Translations under genes and position numbers: made by a program
From: Nitrospirota bacterium
Lineage (GTDB): Bacteria > Nitrospirota > UBA9217
DNA length: 64,000 nt
Direction of reading: 5' to 3'
NCBI GenBank assembly: GCA_963796285.1
Contig: CAWCKW010000012.1
Coordinates: 128,001-192,000 of the forward strand
Notes under the pieces: generated by a model
What the model saw: only the letters and a program-made list of their open reading frames with translations
Databases searched by the model: none
What the model was told of the DNA's origin: nothing
Shown: positions 27,163 through 37,395 of the stretch, piece by piece
Numbering within the stretch: the first letter of the stretch is position 1
Layout: each line of letters starts with the position of its first letter

Positions 27163-30100
27163 ATGTCATTTGACAAACATATAACGCCTGATCCTGAACA
27201 ATTATCGCAACTTGGGGTACAGGACACGGCCCAGGCGCTCAGAAACCTCGAGCTCTCGGGCGCAACGATCGGCGCGGAGGGGTTCTCGCAGCTGTTGCCG
27301 CTGCTGCTTGCCGATCTGTCCAGGGCCGCTGATCCCGACATGGCATTGAACAATTTCGAGCGCTTTGCGGGCGCGCTCGCGGACATTCCCTCCTTTGTTT
27401 CGCTCTGCCGGACGAACCACGATATCCTTCGCTCTCTCATCACGATCTTCGGCGCCAGCCGGTTCCTATCCACCTTCCTCGTCACGATCGCAGATGAAAG
27501 TCTGACGCTTCTGTCCGATCCGGTCTTTCTCGCACAGCAGAGCGACAAACAGGGCTTTGCGGAACGCCTGGCAGCCATGATCAGGGACGACCTCGATGAT
27601 AAAGGCTTCTTTCACTGGTTGAGGCTGTTCCGCAAACAAGAGATGCTCAGGATCGGTCTGCGCGACCTGCTCGTCAGGGCGGACCTGCAGGAGACGGTGG
27701 CGGACCTGTCCCATCTCGCCGAGGTTTGCCTGCAGAAGGCGTATGAATGGGCCGATGCCGGGTTCGCCAAACGATACGGCAGACCGATCCTTGAAAACCC
27801 CGACGGATCAATGACACCGGCCGGGTTCGCGGTCATCGCCATGGGAAAACTCGGAGGCATGGAACTGAACTTCAGCTCCGATGTCGACCTCATGTATGTC
27901 TATACCGCTGACGGCGAGACCGAGGGGGTCCTCTCCGCAGACGGTCTCAGAACGAACCGGATATCGAACCACGAGTATTTTATCAAGCTCGCGGAGAAGC
28001 TGAGCGCGGCGATCGGCGAGAAGACCGGGGACGGGTTCGTGTTCCGCGTGGACATGCGTCTCCGTCCCGAGGGGCAGCGCGGCCCGCTGGCCCAGAGCCT
28101 GGGGGGATACGAGATCTACTACGAGTCCTGGGGCCAGACCTGGGAGCGGTCGGCGCTGCTCAAGGCACGGCCGGTGGCCGGCGACGAGGCCGTGGGCGGG
28201 GAATTCATGGACCGTATCGCGCCCTTTGTGTACCGGAAGTATCTCGACTACAGTGCGATCGCCGAGATCCGCGATATGAAGCAAAAGATCAACAGGGACG
28301 TGGAGCAGAAGGGCAGGACGAACCGCGATGTGAAGCTCGGCTACGGCGGCATCCGGGAGATCGAGTTCGTGATCCAGGCGCTTCAGCTTGTCTATGCCGG
28401 CAGGGACCGGACGCTGCGCGAAAAGAACGCCCTCAAGGCCCTCCATATCCTTTCGCAAAAGGGGCTCATCTCCTATCAGGAGCACGCTGTTCTTTCCAAT
28501 GCCTACATTTTCCTCCGGACCGTGGAGCACCGGATCCAGATCCTCGATGATCTTCAGACCCAAACGCTTCCGGACGATGAACGCGAACTTCGCGCCCTTG
28601 CCCGCCGTACGGGCTATTTTGGACCCGGCAAAGAGGCGGAGGCATTGCTCCACGACTATGCCGAGCACACGAAGAAGGTCAGGGCCATCTACGACGACCT
28701 GTTCGCCTTTACCGGAGAAGAGGGAGCCGACGGATCATCGGTCAAGGACTATTCAGCCTTGCTTGATCCGGAAACGCCGGAGCAGGAGGCGGTTTCTCTC
28801 TTGGGGAAGCTCGGGTTCAGGGACCCCGCCAAGGCGTACCGGGACCTGCTGTTGCTGCGTGAAGGCACCGCCTTCGTTCATCAGACTCCGCGAAGCCGCA
28901 GACTTTTTTACGAGGTCTTTCCGGCGCTGTTCCGGGAGATCATCGCTTCACCCGATCCCGACATGGCGCTGAACCATCTCGAGTCCTTTCTTGCGGCACA
29001 GGGTTCGTGGGAAGCATTCCAGGCGCTGATGAGGATCGACCCGTCAGCCGGCAAGGTCCTGATCGCGGTATTTGCCAACAGCGAGTATCTGTCGCGAATG
29101 CTGGTGAGCAGGCCCATACTCCTCCAGAACCTGATCGAATCGCGAAAGTCATCCAAAGCAGGCACCTGCGCCGCCTTTGCAAAGGAACTTGGCGACGTCC
29201 TTGATCTCTCCCCGGACTTAGCATCGAAACTTGACGCCCTGCGGCGGTTCAAGAACCTGGAAGAGATCCGGATCGGCATGGCGGACCTGTTGTCGAATAT
29301 GCCTTTGGCAGCGGTCTCCCGCGAGCTGTCGAAGCTCGCGGAGGTCTGTCTCGACGCCGCGCTTGCGCTCGCGGCATCCGAAACCGGCATGCGGTATAAC
29401 GCGCAGGGGTCCACAACAGGCCTTGCCGTCATTGGCGTGGGAAAACTTGGCGGCAGGGAGCTTTCCTACGGCTCCGACCTCGACATTCTCTTTGTCTTTA
29501 CCGAGTCCCGGGCAGCGGCCCCGCCAACAGGCCTGACGGTGTCGGAATATTTCAGCAAAGTGGCGGAAAAGACCATCTCCTATCTCTCCACGCTCACGCG
29601 AGAGGGGTTCGTGTTCCGCGTGGACACCCGGCTTCGGCCCACGGGTTCCAAAGGTCCGCTGGTGCAGAGCATTGACGCGTTCAAGAACTACTATGCACAT
29701 CATGCGGAGACCTGGGAACTCCAGGCGCTGCTGAGGGCGAGGCGCGTGGCAGGGGACGGCGTGGTGGGAAAAGAGTTTGCTTCATCCATCGGAGACCTGA
29801 TCTACCGTGATCAGGACCGGACCTCACTGGCCAAAGACATCATCTCGATGCGCCGTCGGATGGAGGACGAGATCGCGAGGGAAAGCGCGGCAACATACAA
29901 TATCAAACAGGGCGCCGGCGGCCTGGTGGACATTGAGTTCCTTGTCCAGTATTTGCAGCTGCTCCACGGGAAGCAACACCGGAGGGTCCGGGTCCCGGGA
30001 ACGCACAATGCCTTGCGGGCACTGAAAAGAAAGGGGCTTCTTGACGAGGAGGCATACCGGACCTTGATGAGGGCTTATCTTTTCATGAGACAGCTCGAGA

Positions 30101-30285
30101 GCAGGATGCGGATCGTTTCGAACCAGGCGACGAGCGGACTGAGCAGAGACCCGGAAAAGCTCCGGCCCCTTGCGCTGCGCATGGGATACCTGGATGGGGA
30201 GACATCGGCAGGGCAGAAGCTTCTCGAGGAGTACGAATCGTTGAGCAGACAGGTGAGATTTGTTTTTGACAGCTTGTTGAGGTAA
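27163..30285 (+). CDS. glnE: Glutamine synthetase adenylyltransferase/adenylyl-removing enzyme
   Basis: Two nucleotidyltransferase domains (GKLGG.EL..SSDVDL; GKLGGRELSYGSDLD), two RVD.RLRP.G. Confidence 0.97.
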   Translation: MSFDKHITPDPEQLSQLGVQDTAQALRNLELSGATIGAEGFSQLLPLLLADLSRAADPDMALNNFERFAGALADIPSFVSLCRTNHDILRSLITIFGASRFLSTFLVTIADESLTLLSDPVFLAQQSDKQGFAERLAAMIRDDLDDKGFFHWLRLFRKQEMLRIGLRDLLVRADLQETVADLSHLAEVCLQKAYEWADAGFAKRYGRPILENPDGSMTPAGFAVIAMGKLGGMELNFSSDVDLMYVYTADGETEGVLSADGLRTNRISNHEYFIKLAEKLSAAIGEKTGDGFVFRVDMRLRPEGQRGPLAQSLGGYEIYYESWGQTWERSALLKARPVAGDEAVGGEFMDRIAPFVYRKYLDYSAIAEIRDMKQKINRDVEQKGRTNRDVKLGYGGIREIEFVIQALQLVYAGRDRTLREKNALKALHILSQKGLISYQEHAVLSNAYIFLRTVEHRIQILDDLQTQTLPDDERELRALARRTGYFGPGKEAEALLHDYAEHTKKVRAIYDDLFAFTGEEGADGSSVKDYSALLDPETPEQEAVSLLGKLGFRDPAKAYRDLLLLREGTAFVHQTPRSRRLFYEVFPALFREIIASPDPDMALNHLESFLAAQGSWEAFQALMRIDPSAGKVLIAVFANSEYLSRMLVSRPILLQNLIESRKSSKAGTCAAFAKELGDVLDLSPDLASKLDALRRFKNLEEIRIGMADLLSNMPLAAVSRELSKLAEVCLDAALALAASETGMRYNAQGSTTGLAVIGVGKLGGRELSYGSDLDILFVFTESRAAAPPTGLTVSEYFSKVAEKTISYLSTLTREGFVFRVDTRLRPTGSKGPLVQSIDAFKNYYAHHAETWELQALLRARRVAGDGVVGKEFASSIGDLIYRDQDRTSLAKDIISMRRRMEDEIARESAATYNIKQGAGGLVDIEFLVQYLQLLHGKQHRRVRVPGTHNALRALKRKGLLDEEAYRTLMRAYLFMRQLESRMRIVSNQATSGLSRDPEKLRPLALRMGYLDGETSAGQKLLEEYESLSRQVRFVFDSLLR

Positions 30286-30413
30286 GGTCCGATAATTTCG
30301 GGCGGTTGTATGCTCGACCAGGTAATGTTCAAAAACACAAAATTTCTGCTAGAATTAAAATAAGGCCCTCGCAATTCGAATAATTAATATCAATAACATC
30401 AGGAGGTGTTATT

Positions 30414-31214
30414 ATGATCCGCAGATCAGTTTTGCTTGTTGTCTCAGCGCTGGTCATGGCAGGCATGGTGTCGTCAGCCTTTGCCGCCGGGCAGTCTTCG
30501 TTCTCCATCAGTCCCTCTCCCCTGGCTACCCCGGTATTTGATGGGTACGAGAACGATCTAAAGATTGGAGCCACCTACCTGCAAATGAAAAGCAGTGCTT
30601 CCACGACCGCTGGCCGTGGATTTAAACTGGATGGCTATGGCATCACTGCGGCTGGCAGGTCGGCATATAGCGATCAATTTGCCATTGATTACGCTATTGG
30701 AGTTATCTCTCTGAACGGGCACATGGGTGCGGGAAACGCCATGAAACTCGACGGTGTGTCCGTTCCGATCAGCGTCGATCTCGAGGTTCAGCCTTACAAA
30801 AACAATGTATTCAATGTTATTGTCTTTGCCGGACCGGCGTTCAATATCTCGTCAATGAACTTGGATAATGTACCGGCGGTCTTCAGGTCGAACGTTGTGC
30901 GTGATTCGTGGACCATTGATTCTTATTTGTATGGACTGCAGGGTGGGGTCCAGATGGGCCTTCGGCTCGGTAATGTGCTTGTGGATATTTTTGGGATGGC
31001 GGACAGAAAGCGGGGAACCCAGGACATCACAAAAACATTTAGCCCGAACACATCAGATAGTATCCCCGCATTCTCGACGACCTCCTATGGACTCGATCTT
31101 ATGTATGTCCCCTGGGGGTTAACGCTCGGTGCGATGCGTCAGGACGCCTGGCAGAGAGATGATAACGGGACCAAAACGTACATCTATACGATTTCCTGGA
31201 GCCATAGGTTCTAA
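30414..31214 (+). CDS. Putative outer-membrane beta-barrel protein
   Basis: Signal peptide, alternating beta pattern, C-terminal YTISWSHRF. Confidence 0.65.
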   Translation: MIRRSVLLVVSALVMAGMVSSAFAAGQSSFSISPSPLATPVFDGYENDLKIGATYLQMKSSASTTAGRGFKLDGYGITAAGRSAYSDQFAIDYAIGVISLNGHMGAGNAMKLDGVSVPISVDLEVQPYKNNVFNVIVFAGPAFNISSMNLDNVPAVFRSNVVRDSWTIDSYLYGLQGGVQMGLRLGNVLVDIFGMADRKRGTQDITKTFSPNTSDSIPAFSTTSYGLDLMYVPWGLTLGAMRQDAWQRDDNGTKTYIYTISWSHRF

Positions 31215-31484
31215 CTATAAAAATTCTCCCTCTATGTCTATCTGCGAAGGGCAGGGTATCAGTCCCGCCTTTTTTTTCACCTCACCATAAGGGTTTCTTA
31301 TCGGTTCATCGTATGAATTAATGGATTTCCCGCGCTCAAGTGGAACATTTTTCTTGACAACTTCTCCATCATTATAATAACATAACAAACCGTGCAAATT
31401 GAAACTGCGCAATTGCATTACGCAATGGATCGGTCATGCATATCAAGTTAGTCTATTGAATTCATAGGAAAGAAAGGAAAAGAA

Positions 31485-32516
31485 ATGGTACAGCATTATT
31501 TGAAATTCTCTGTCATGCTGTTGGTCGTTCTGTCCATGCTGACCGCAGCCGGGACGGTGTTCGCTTCGAACGACGCGACAGCTTCTGCTCCCGCGCCAAT
31601 AGAAGCAGCGGAACTCGGTGATACCCATGCGGCAACGCCTGGCCCGGTTTCTGTTGTGCCGGGGTCGACCACACCCTGGTGGATCTGGCCTCTGGCATTG
31701 TTCGTCACCACGTTCATCCTCGGCATCCTGGCGGTGCTCGGCGGCGTGGGCGGCGGCGTGTTGTTCGTGCCGATCGTGGGCGGTTTTTTCCCGTTCAACA
31801 TAGATTTCGTGAGAGGCGCCGGTCTCCTTGTTGCTCTCGCAGGCGCGCTTGCCGCGGGTCCGGGTCTGCTGAAGAGGAACCTCGCGAGCCTCCGGCTGGC
31901 GCTTCCCGTGGCGGTGATCGCTTCGGCGGCCGCGATCGGCGGCGCGATGATCGGCCTCGCACTCAAGCCGAACGTGGTGAACACCCTCCTTGGCGCGACG
32001 ATCCTGTTCATCGTGGTCATCATGGCAACTGCCAAGAAGTCCGACTTCCCCATTGTTCCGAAACCGGACAATCTCGCACAGAGCCTCGGGATCATGGGCA
32101 TCTACCGGGAGGAGTCGCTCGGCAAGGACGTGGAATGGACCGTCCATAAAACGCCGATGGGCCTGGCCCTGTTCGTGGTGATCGGCATCATGGCCGGCAT
32201 GTTCGGCCTTGGCGCCGGCTGGGCGAACGTGCCCGTGCTGAACCTGCTGATGGGCGCTCCGCTCAAGATCTCGGTGGCCACGAGCAAGTTCCTGCTCTCG
32301 ATCACCGACACGTCGGCCGCCTGGGTCTACCTGAACCAGGGCGCCGTGCTGCCCATGATCGTGGTGCCGTCCCTTGTCGGGATCATGCTCGGCTCTATCA
32401 TCGGCGTGAAGATCCTCGCCAAGTCGAAACCCAAGGCCATCAAGTGGATGGTGATCGGTCTCCTGCTCTTCGCGGGACTCAGGTCCCTGCTCAAGGGACT
32501 CGATATCTGGAAATAG
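31485..32516 (+). CDS. TSUP (TauE/SafE) family transporter
   Basis: GVGGGVLFVP and GLGAGWANVP repeats; multiple TM. Confidence 0.9.
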   Translation: MVQHYLKFSVMLLVVLSMLTAAGTVFASNDATASAPAPIEAAELGDTHAATPGPVSVVPGSTTPWWIWPLALFVTTFILGILAVLGGVGGGVLFVPIVGGFFPFNIDFVRGAGLLVALAGALAAGPGLLKRNLASLRLALPVAVIASAAAIGGAMIGLALKPNVVNTLLGATILFIVVIMATAKKSDFPIVPKPDNLAQSLGIMGIYREESLGKDVEWTVHKTPMGLALFVVIGIMAGMFGLGAGWANVPVLNLLMGAPLKISVATSKFLLSITDTSAAWVYLNQGAVLPMIVVPSLVGIMLGSIIGVKILAKSKPKAIKWMVIGLLLFAGLRSLLKGLDIWK

Positions 32517-32528
32517 GAGGAACGAATA

Positions 32529-32951
32529 ATGACGAGCGTAAAAAATAATAAGGCATCTGAAGAACAGATGGCGTATGCAGGTGTTCTCAATATCGGGATG
32601 TGGCTGGGGCTCGCCGTCCTGGTGATCACCTTCTTCGTCTACATCTCGGGCGTACTCCCGACCTTTGTGCCGATCGATGATCTGCCGAAGTACTGGACCA
32701 TGAGGGTGCACGATTACAACGTTGCCCTGAACGCGCCGACGGGCTGGCACTGGGCCGCGCTGGTCGGAAAGGGCGATTACCTGAATTTTGTCGGCATCGC
32801 GATGCTGTCGGGGCTGACCATCCTGTGCTACCTGGTGATCCTGCCGATCCTGTACAGGAAGAAGGACACCGCTTACGTTGTCCTTGCGATCGTCGAGGTC
32901 CTTGTGCTCTCGCTCGCCGCGAGCGGACTCTTGAAAGTCGGAGGACACTAG
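32529..32951 (+). CDS. DUF1634-like membrane partner of TSUP
   Basis: EQMAYAGVL, GDYLNFVGI; directly downstream of TSUP. Confidence 0.75.
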   Translation: MTSVKNNKASEEQMAYAGVLNIGMWLGLAVLVITFFVYISGVLPTFVPIDDLPKYWTMRVHDYNVALNAPTGWHWAALVGKGDYLNFVGIAMLSGLTILCYLVILPILYRKKDTAYVVLAIVEVLVLSLAASGLLKVGGH

Positions 32952-32981
32952 ATCAAAGGTACCGATGAAAAAATCCATACT

Positions 32982-33008
32982 GGGGCGGCTGAGATGCCGC
33001 CCTTTTTT
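32982..33008 (+). terminator. Rho-independent terminator
   Basis: GGGCGGC-TGAGAT-GCCGCCC-TTTTTT. Confidence 0.75.
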
Positions 33009-33056
33009 ATTTGACAACACGGATAGCCGCTGCTGATCGTCTCGTCGAGAAAAATC

Positions 33057-33084
33057 TTGACAAAACAACTGAAACGCATATACT
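33057..33084 (+). promoter_or_regulatory. Putative sigma70 promoter of Ehr operon 1
   Basis: TTGACA-N16-TATACT. Confidence 0.5.
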
Positions 33085-33148
33085 ACGGCATCGACATGCG
33101 GAGCAACGCATGAACTGATTTTTGAGATTACCGGGATTTTTTATCATC

Positions 33149-35141
33149 ATGCAGACGGAACAATTTCTTTTTGTTGGCATCCTGCTTTTTCTTCTTGGCG
33201 CCCTCACTGCCCTTATCCCTCATAAAAAAACCAACATTCTCTCCTTATCTCTTCTCCATGTCCGGCGCGATCAGCTTTCTCGCTCCCGCATTTTACCTGG
33301 TCCTGGCCGGTCCGGTGCAATATGCCGTGATTCCGGCGTCCTCGATATTCGAGTTTTCCTTCCGCGGAGACGCCCTGTCCGGCTTTTTCATGATAACGAT
33401 CTCGCTGATCACCGTGGCCGTGTCCATCTATTCCATCGGCTTCACGCGAGACCTCCCGAACGCCGGCTTCATGGGGTTCTTCTACAATATCCTCATCCTG
33501 AGCCTCTATGCCGTGGTGCTGTCAGCGAACATCTTCACCTTCCTGATCTCCTGGGAGACCATGGCCATTGCGTCCTATTTCCTCGTGATCTTCGAGCGGA
33601 GCGAGAAGGCGGCCCGCGCAGGCCTTTTTTACGCCGTGATGACGCATATCGGCACGGCGTTCATCATCGCACTCTTCTTTATCCTTTACCGGTATACGAA
33701 CAGGATGGATTTCGAGGGAATGAAGGGGGGCATTGCGCTTGTCCCGGTGAACGTGAAATCGATCATCTTTATTTTCGCCGTGATCGGGTTCGGCACCAAG
33801 GCGGGCATCATCCCGCTGCACACCTGGATCCCCCGGGCGTACGCCGTTGTGCCGTCCAATGTCGCGGCCGTGATGTCCGGCCTCATGGTGAAGATGGGGG
33901 TCTACGGGCTTATCCGAATCTGCATGGACGTCATGGGGCAGGGACCGGAGTGGTGGGGGATCACGGTCATCGGAGTGGGCGCCGTTTCCGCGCTCCTCGG
34001 TATCCTGTACAGCCTGATCGAGAACGATCTGAAGCTCTTCCTTGCCTACTCCAGCGTCGAGAACATCGGGATCATTCTCCTGGGCGTGGGCGCGGCCATG
34101 ATGTTCAAGAGCAACGGCCTGTACGCCTTGTCTTCCCTGGCGCTCGCCGCAGCCCTGTTTCACGTGCTGAACCACGCCTTGTTCAAAGGTGCGCTCTTTT
34201 TGGGTGCCGGGTCCGTCATCGCGAGCACGGGCACGGGAAATATGGAGGACCTGGGCGGGCTTCTGAAAAGAATGCCGTACACGGGCCTCTTTTTCCTGGC
34301 AGGCGCGCTCGCGATCTGCGCGCTTCCGCCCATGAACGGTTTTGTGAGCGAATGGCTCACGTACCAGTCTCTGCTGCTCGGCTTTCAGGCGCCTTCGGTC
34401 ACGGCGAAGATCGTTTCCCCGCTCGGCGGGGCGGCGCTCGCGCTGACCGGTGCCCTGGCCGCAGCCGGGTTCGTGAAGGCCTTCGGCATCGCTTTTCTCG
34501 GCATGCCCAGGGGAGAACGGGCGCGCCACGCGCAGGAATCTTCCGTATCCATGATCTCGGGCATGGCCATGCTCGCCGTTCCGTGTCTCCTGGTAGGGGT
34601 CTTCCCCGACGCGGCCTTGTCGATTCTTCTTCCCGCAGTCTACAGCCTGACTGGCGCGTCCACGCTCGCATACCAAACGGGCATCCTCGGCATTTCGCAG
34701 ACCTCGGCGACGCTTTCACCCATGGCGATACTCATCACCATGGTCGTGATGCTCATCGCCGTGATGATCTTCATCCGGATCGCCGGAGGGAGAAGAAAGA
34801 CCGTGTACGCCGATTCCTGGGCCTGCGGCATTCCGGGCCTCACCTCGCGCATGCAGTATACGGCCACGGCCTTTACCAAGCCGCTCAGGATCATTTACAA
34901 ACGCATCTACCTTCCGAGCAGGGACCTGAAGGTGACCTATCTGGTCAAACCTTTTTTCGTGAAGTCGATCAAATACGGGGGCGAGATCACGCCGTTCTTC
35001 GAACACTACGTGTATGAGCCGGTAACGAGGTCCATCAATATTGTGGCGGGTAAAGTGAAGCTGCTCCAGTCTGGAAGCCTCCAGTTGTATCTGGGATATA
35101 TATTGATCACGCTGATCGTGCTGTTGATATTCGGAACGTAA
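33149..35141 (+). CDS. hyfB: Ehr-1 HyfB-like antiporter subunit, apparent frameshift near 33224-33246
   Basis: WETM, KAGIIPLHTW, AYSSVEN, NHALFK, PPMNGFVSEW; natural-looking N-terminus lies in another frame. Confidence 0.85.
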
Positions 35142-35364
35142 GGAAAATAAAAATTGATGCATTCATAACTAGTCTGACCTAACCGCCGAGACGCAGAGAC
35201 GCAGAGAAAATCCTTACTCTTCTTAATTACATTTCTCCGTGTTTCCATTTTATGGCCGCTCTTTCGTAGCCTGCTGTTGCCATATCGCGGCCACAGGCAA
35301 GAGCAGGCTTCGCCTCCGCGGTAGATGATGACAGTTTACGAGATCATCAAAGAATGCTTATTTT

Positions 35365-36282
35365 ATGGAATTTTTTCAATTTCTCATAATCATCTTCCTT
35401 TCGCCTCTCGTGACCGGGGTGATCAAGAAGCTCAAGGCGTACATGCAGGGCAGGGTGGGCCCGGGCGTTCTCCAGACCTACTACGACCTTCTGCGGCTGT
35501 TCAAGAAGGACATGGTCGTGTCCACGGTCACGTCCTGGATCTTCAAGGCCACGCCCTACGTCGTATTCTCGGCAACTGTGGCGGCTGCGATGATCGTTCC
35601 GGTGATCTCGACAGCGCCGGCCGGCGGCATGATGGGCGATGTCATCGCCCTCATTTATTTATTCGCTCTTGCCCGTTTCTTCATGGCCCTGGCGGGGCTC
35701 GACGCCGGGACCGCCTTTGGCGGAGAGGGGAGCAGCCGGGAAATGACCGTCGCGATCCTGGTCGAACCCATGATGATGCTCGCTCTCTTTACGGCCGCCA
35801 TAGCGGCGGGATCGACGAACATCGCGCGCATCGCCGATGCGCAGGGGGCGGCCTATTCGCCGTCGCACCTGCTGGCGTTGTCCGCCTTTATCGTGGCGAT
35901 CATCGCCGAGACGGGCAGGGTGCCTGTGGACAACCCGGACACGCACCTCGAACTCACGATGATCCACGAAGGCATGGTCCTGGAATACTCCGGCAAGTAC
36001 CTCGCGCTCATGGAGTGGGCGCACTCCATGAAGCAGATGATCCTGTTCACGCTTGCCGCGGACATATTCCTTCCATTGGGAATGATGCACCCGGCCGGCG
36101 GCGCGGGATTCGTAACCGCGATCGGCGCGTACGCGCTGAAGATGTCCGGTATGGCGCTTCTGATGGCGGTCGTGGAGTCGACGCGAGCGAAGGTCCGGTT
36201 CTTTCAGCTCCCCTCGATCCTCGGAGGCGCCTTCGTGCTCGCGTTCCTGTCGCTGGTGACGCATATCATGATGGGGAAGTAG
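35365..36282 (+). CDS. hyfC: Ehr-1 HyfC/HycD (NuoH-like) subunit
   Basis: QGRVGP, GSSRE, ETGRVPVDNPDTHLELTMIHE. Confidence 0.92.
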   Translation: MEFFQFLIIIFLSPLVTGVIKKLKAYMQGRVGPGVLQTYYDLLRLFKKDMVVSTVTSWIFKATPYVVFSATVAAAMIVPVISTAPAGGMMGDVIALIYLFALARFFMALAGLDAGTAFGGEGSSREMTVAILVEPMMMLALFTAAIAAGSTNIARIADAQGAAYSPSHLLALSAFIVAIIAETGRVPVDNPDTHLELTMIHEGMVLEYSGKYLALMEWAHSMKQMILFTLAADIFLPLGMMHPAGGAGFVTAIGAYALKMSGMALLMAVVESTRAKVRFFQLPSILGGAFVLAFLSLVTHIMMGK

Positions 36283-36320
36283 CGACATGCGGAGCGTGCC
36301 GAGGTGTGTTTCATATTTAC

Positions 36321-36531
36321 TAGTCAGTTACAACTTAAATTCTTCTCAAAATGGGAAGATTATTTCGCGCAATGGCCGAGAAGAGGGCCACACTGAGGCG
36401 CAAAGCTCGCAAAGAAAGTCTAAATCATTTGTTTTTTAAAGCAAGAGTTCAAGGTTTTCTTGGCGTCCTTTGCGGCTTTGCGAGAGAAGCCTTTTAGCCT
36501 TTTCCATTTTGTTCCGGCTTGTCCGGTTTAG
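36321..36531 (+). repeat. Family A element, copy 2
   Basis: TAG...GTTCCGGCTTGTCCGGTTTAG. Confidence 0.8.
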
Positions 36532-36544
36532 GGAGCGCAGCGAC

Positions 36545-37204
36545 ATGAAAGCATGGTTGGAGGCTTTTTCCATAACCGATTACATTTCTGTCGGCATACT
36601 TCTGACGGCGGTGACCCTGAATGCCTTCAAGAGCATCGAGTCATACGTGACGGCCTACACGATCAACTCCTGGCTTCTGGCCAGCCTGATCGCCGTGGTA
36701 GCAATACTGGCGGGCGAGACGCACTTATACATCGCCGCCCTCTTGACCCTGGCTACGAAAGGCATCCTTATTCCGATCTTTCTCCGCAGGATCGTGCGCC
36801 AGATGCGGGTGACTCACGAGGTGCAGCCCTACATCAGCAACGCCTTGTCCCTCGCCATCTCGGGCATTCTCGTGGCCGTGGTGTACGCCTCGCTTAAGGA
36901 CGGCATCTTCGTGACCGGTTTTTCACGGAACGTTCTCCAGATCTCCATCGCCGTGATCCTGATCAGCCTGTTCATCATGATCACGAGGAAAAAGGCCTTG
37001 ACGCAGGTGCTGGGGCTGCTGTTCATGGAGAACGGGCTCTTTCTCGCGGGCTTTTCCCTGACCTTCGGCATGCCGACCATGATCGAGCTCGGCGTGCTGT
37101 TCGACATGCTCATGGGAGTGATCATCCTGGGGATCTTCGCCATCCAGATCAAGCGCGCCTTTGCCTCGGCGGACCTGGACAAGCTTACGGTGCTTAAAGG
37201 ATGA
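36545..37204 (+). CDS. hyfE: Ehr-1 HyfE subunit
   Basis: MENG, ELGVLFD, LKG terminus. Confidence 0.9.
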   Translation: MKAWLEAFSITDYISVGILLTAVTLNAFKSIESYVTAYTINSWLLASLIAVVAILAGETHLYIAALLTLATKGILIPIFLRRIVRQMRVTHEVQPYISNALSLAISGILVAVVYASLKDGIFVTGFSRNVLQISIAVILISLFIMITRKKALTQVLGLLFMENGLFLAGFSLTFGMPTMIELGVLFDMLMGVIILGIFAIQIKRAFASADLDKLTVLKG

Positions 37205-37395
37205 GCGGCGCGCACGGTGCGCCGAATTGGAAAATGAAGATTGTACCCTGCACTCGCGCGGGGCACTCGTAAGCGCTGGGCACAGGTAAATTGGAAATTT
37301 CAGAATTGAAGTAAAATCATTAAAATCTTCATTCTTCAATTTCCAATCTCCAATTTCCAATGGAGCAAAGCGACAATCGGAGCAAAGCGACTAAT

